A stretch of DNA of 62,964 bases, the filler included, from Octopus bimaculoides (Eukaryota): the NCBI RefSeq assembly GCF_001194135.2. It is 5 parts of 4 records of this genome, joined end to end, with 100 filler letters (N's around TTAATTAATTAA, not from the genome) between each part and the next. Parts side by side here need not be neighbours in the genome. Positions count along the whole stretch, not along the records: positions 61,466 to 62,964 come from NC_068991.1; 4 more parts are not named here. One strand, written 5' to 3'. The notes beneath the pieces are model-generated. The model did no database searches. It was not told the DNA's origin and saw nothing but the letters and a program-made list of their open reading frames with translations. Shown here one piece after another: positions 62,892-62,964 of the stretch. Every line of letters begins with the position of its first letter. Positions within the stretch are counted from its first letter, which is position 1. The position numbers and the translations under genes were made by a program.

Positions 62892-62964
62892 GTGTGTGTT
62901 GGCACTCCGTCGCTTACGACGTCGAGGGTTCCAGTTGATCTGATCAACGGAACAGCCTGCTCAT

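Overview
Eukaryotic, strongly AT-rich, microsatellite-dense draft-assembly sequence with many N gaps. The C2H2 zinc-finger style and the SINE repertoire point to a coleoid cephalopod, most likely Octopus (inference). Four identical 100-bp spacers (44N-TTAATTAATTAA-44N) split the window into five blocks: 1-8690, 8791-39626, 39727-49631, 49732-61365 and 61466-62964. Adjacency across these spacers is not evidence of real linkage. Most ORF-track entries are microsatellite or N-gap artefacts. Supported content: (1) A cluster of three paralogous effector-less C2H2 zinc-finger gene units in block 3. Gene A (minus, at least 5 fingers, cut by a spacer) and gene B (plus, 11 fingers, complete) are head-to-head; unit C has only promoter, exon 1 and intron. 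All three share splice sites, a GTCACATGAC E-box and a 116-bp near-invariant intronic block that contains a candidate 36/21-nt UTR micro-exon. (2) A multi-exon minus-strand gene in block 4 that no single ORF in the track captures: signal-peptide exon, phase 1-1 eight-cysteine exon resembling a divergent SUEL/Gal-lectin fold, and a phase 1-1 Ser/Thr-rich stalk exon. (3) A dense mobile-element fossil record: several tRNA-derived SINE families, R4/Dong and RTE LINE fragments, a Penelope-like RT, two Helitrons, and piggyBac-, Tc1/mariner- and hAT-type MITEs, plus several long inverted repeats. No rRNA, functional tRNA or CRISPR was seen. All alignments and translations were done by eye; family names are by motif recognition, not database search.
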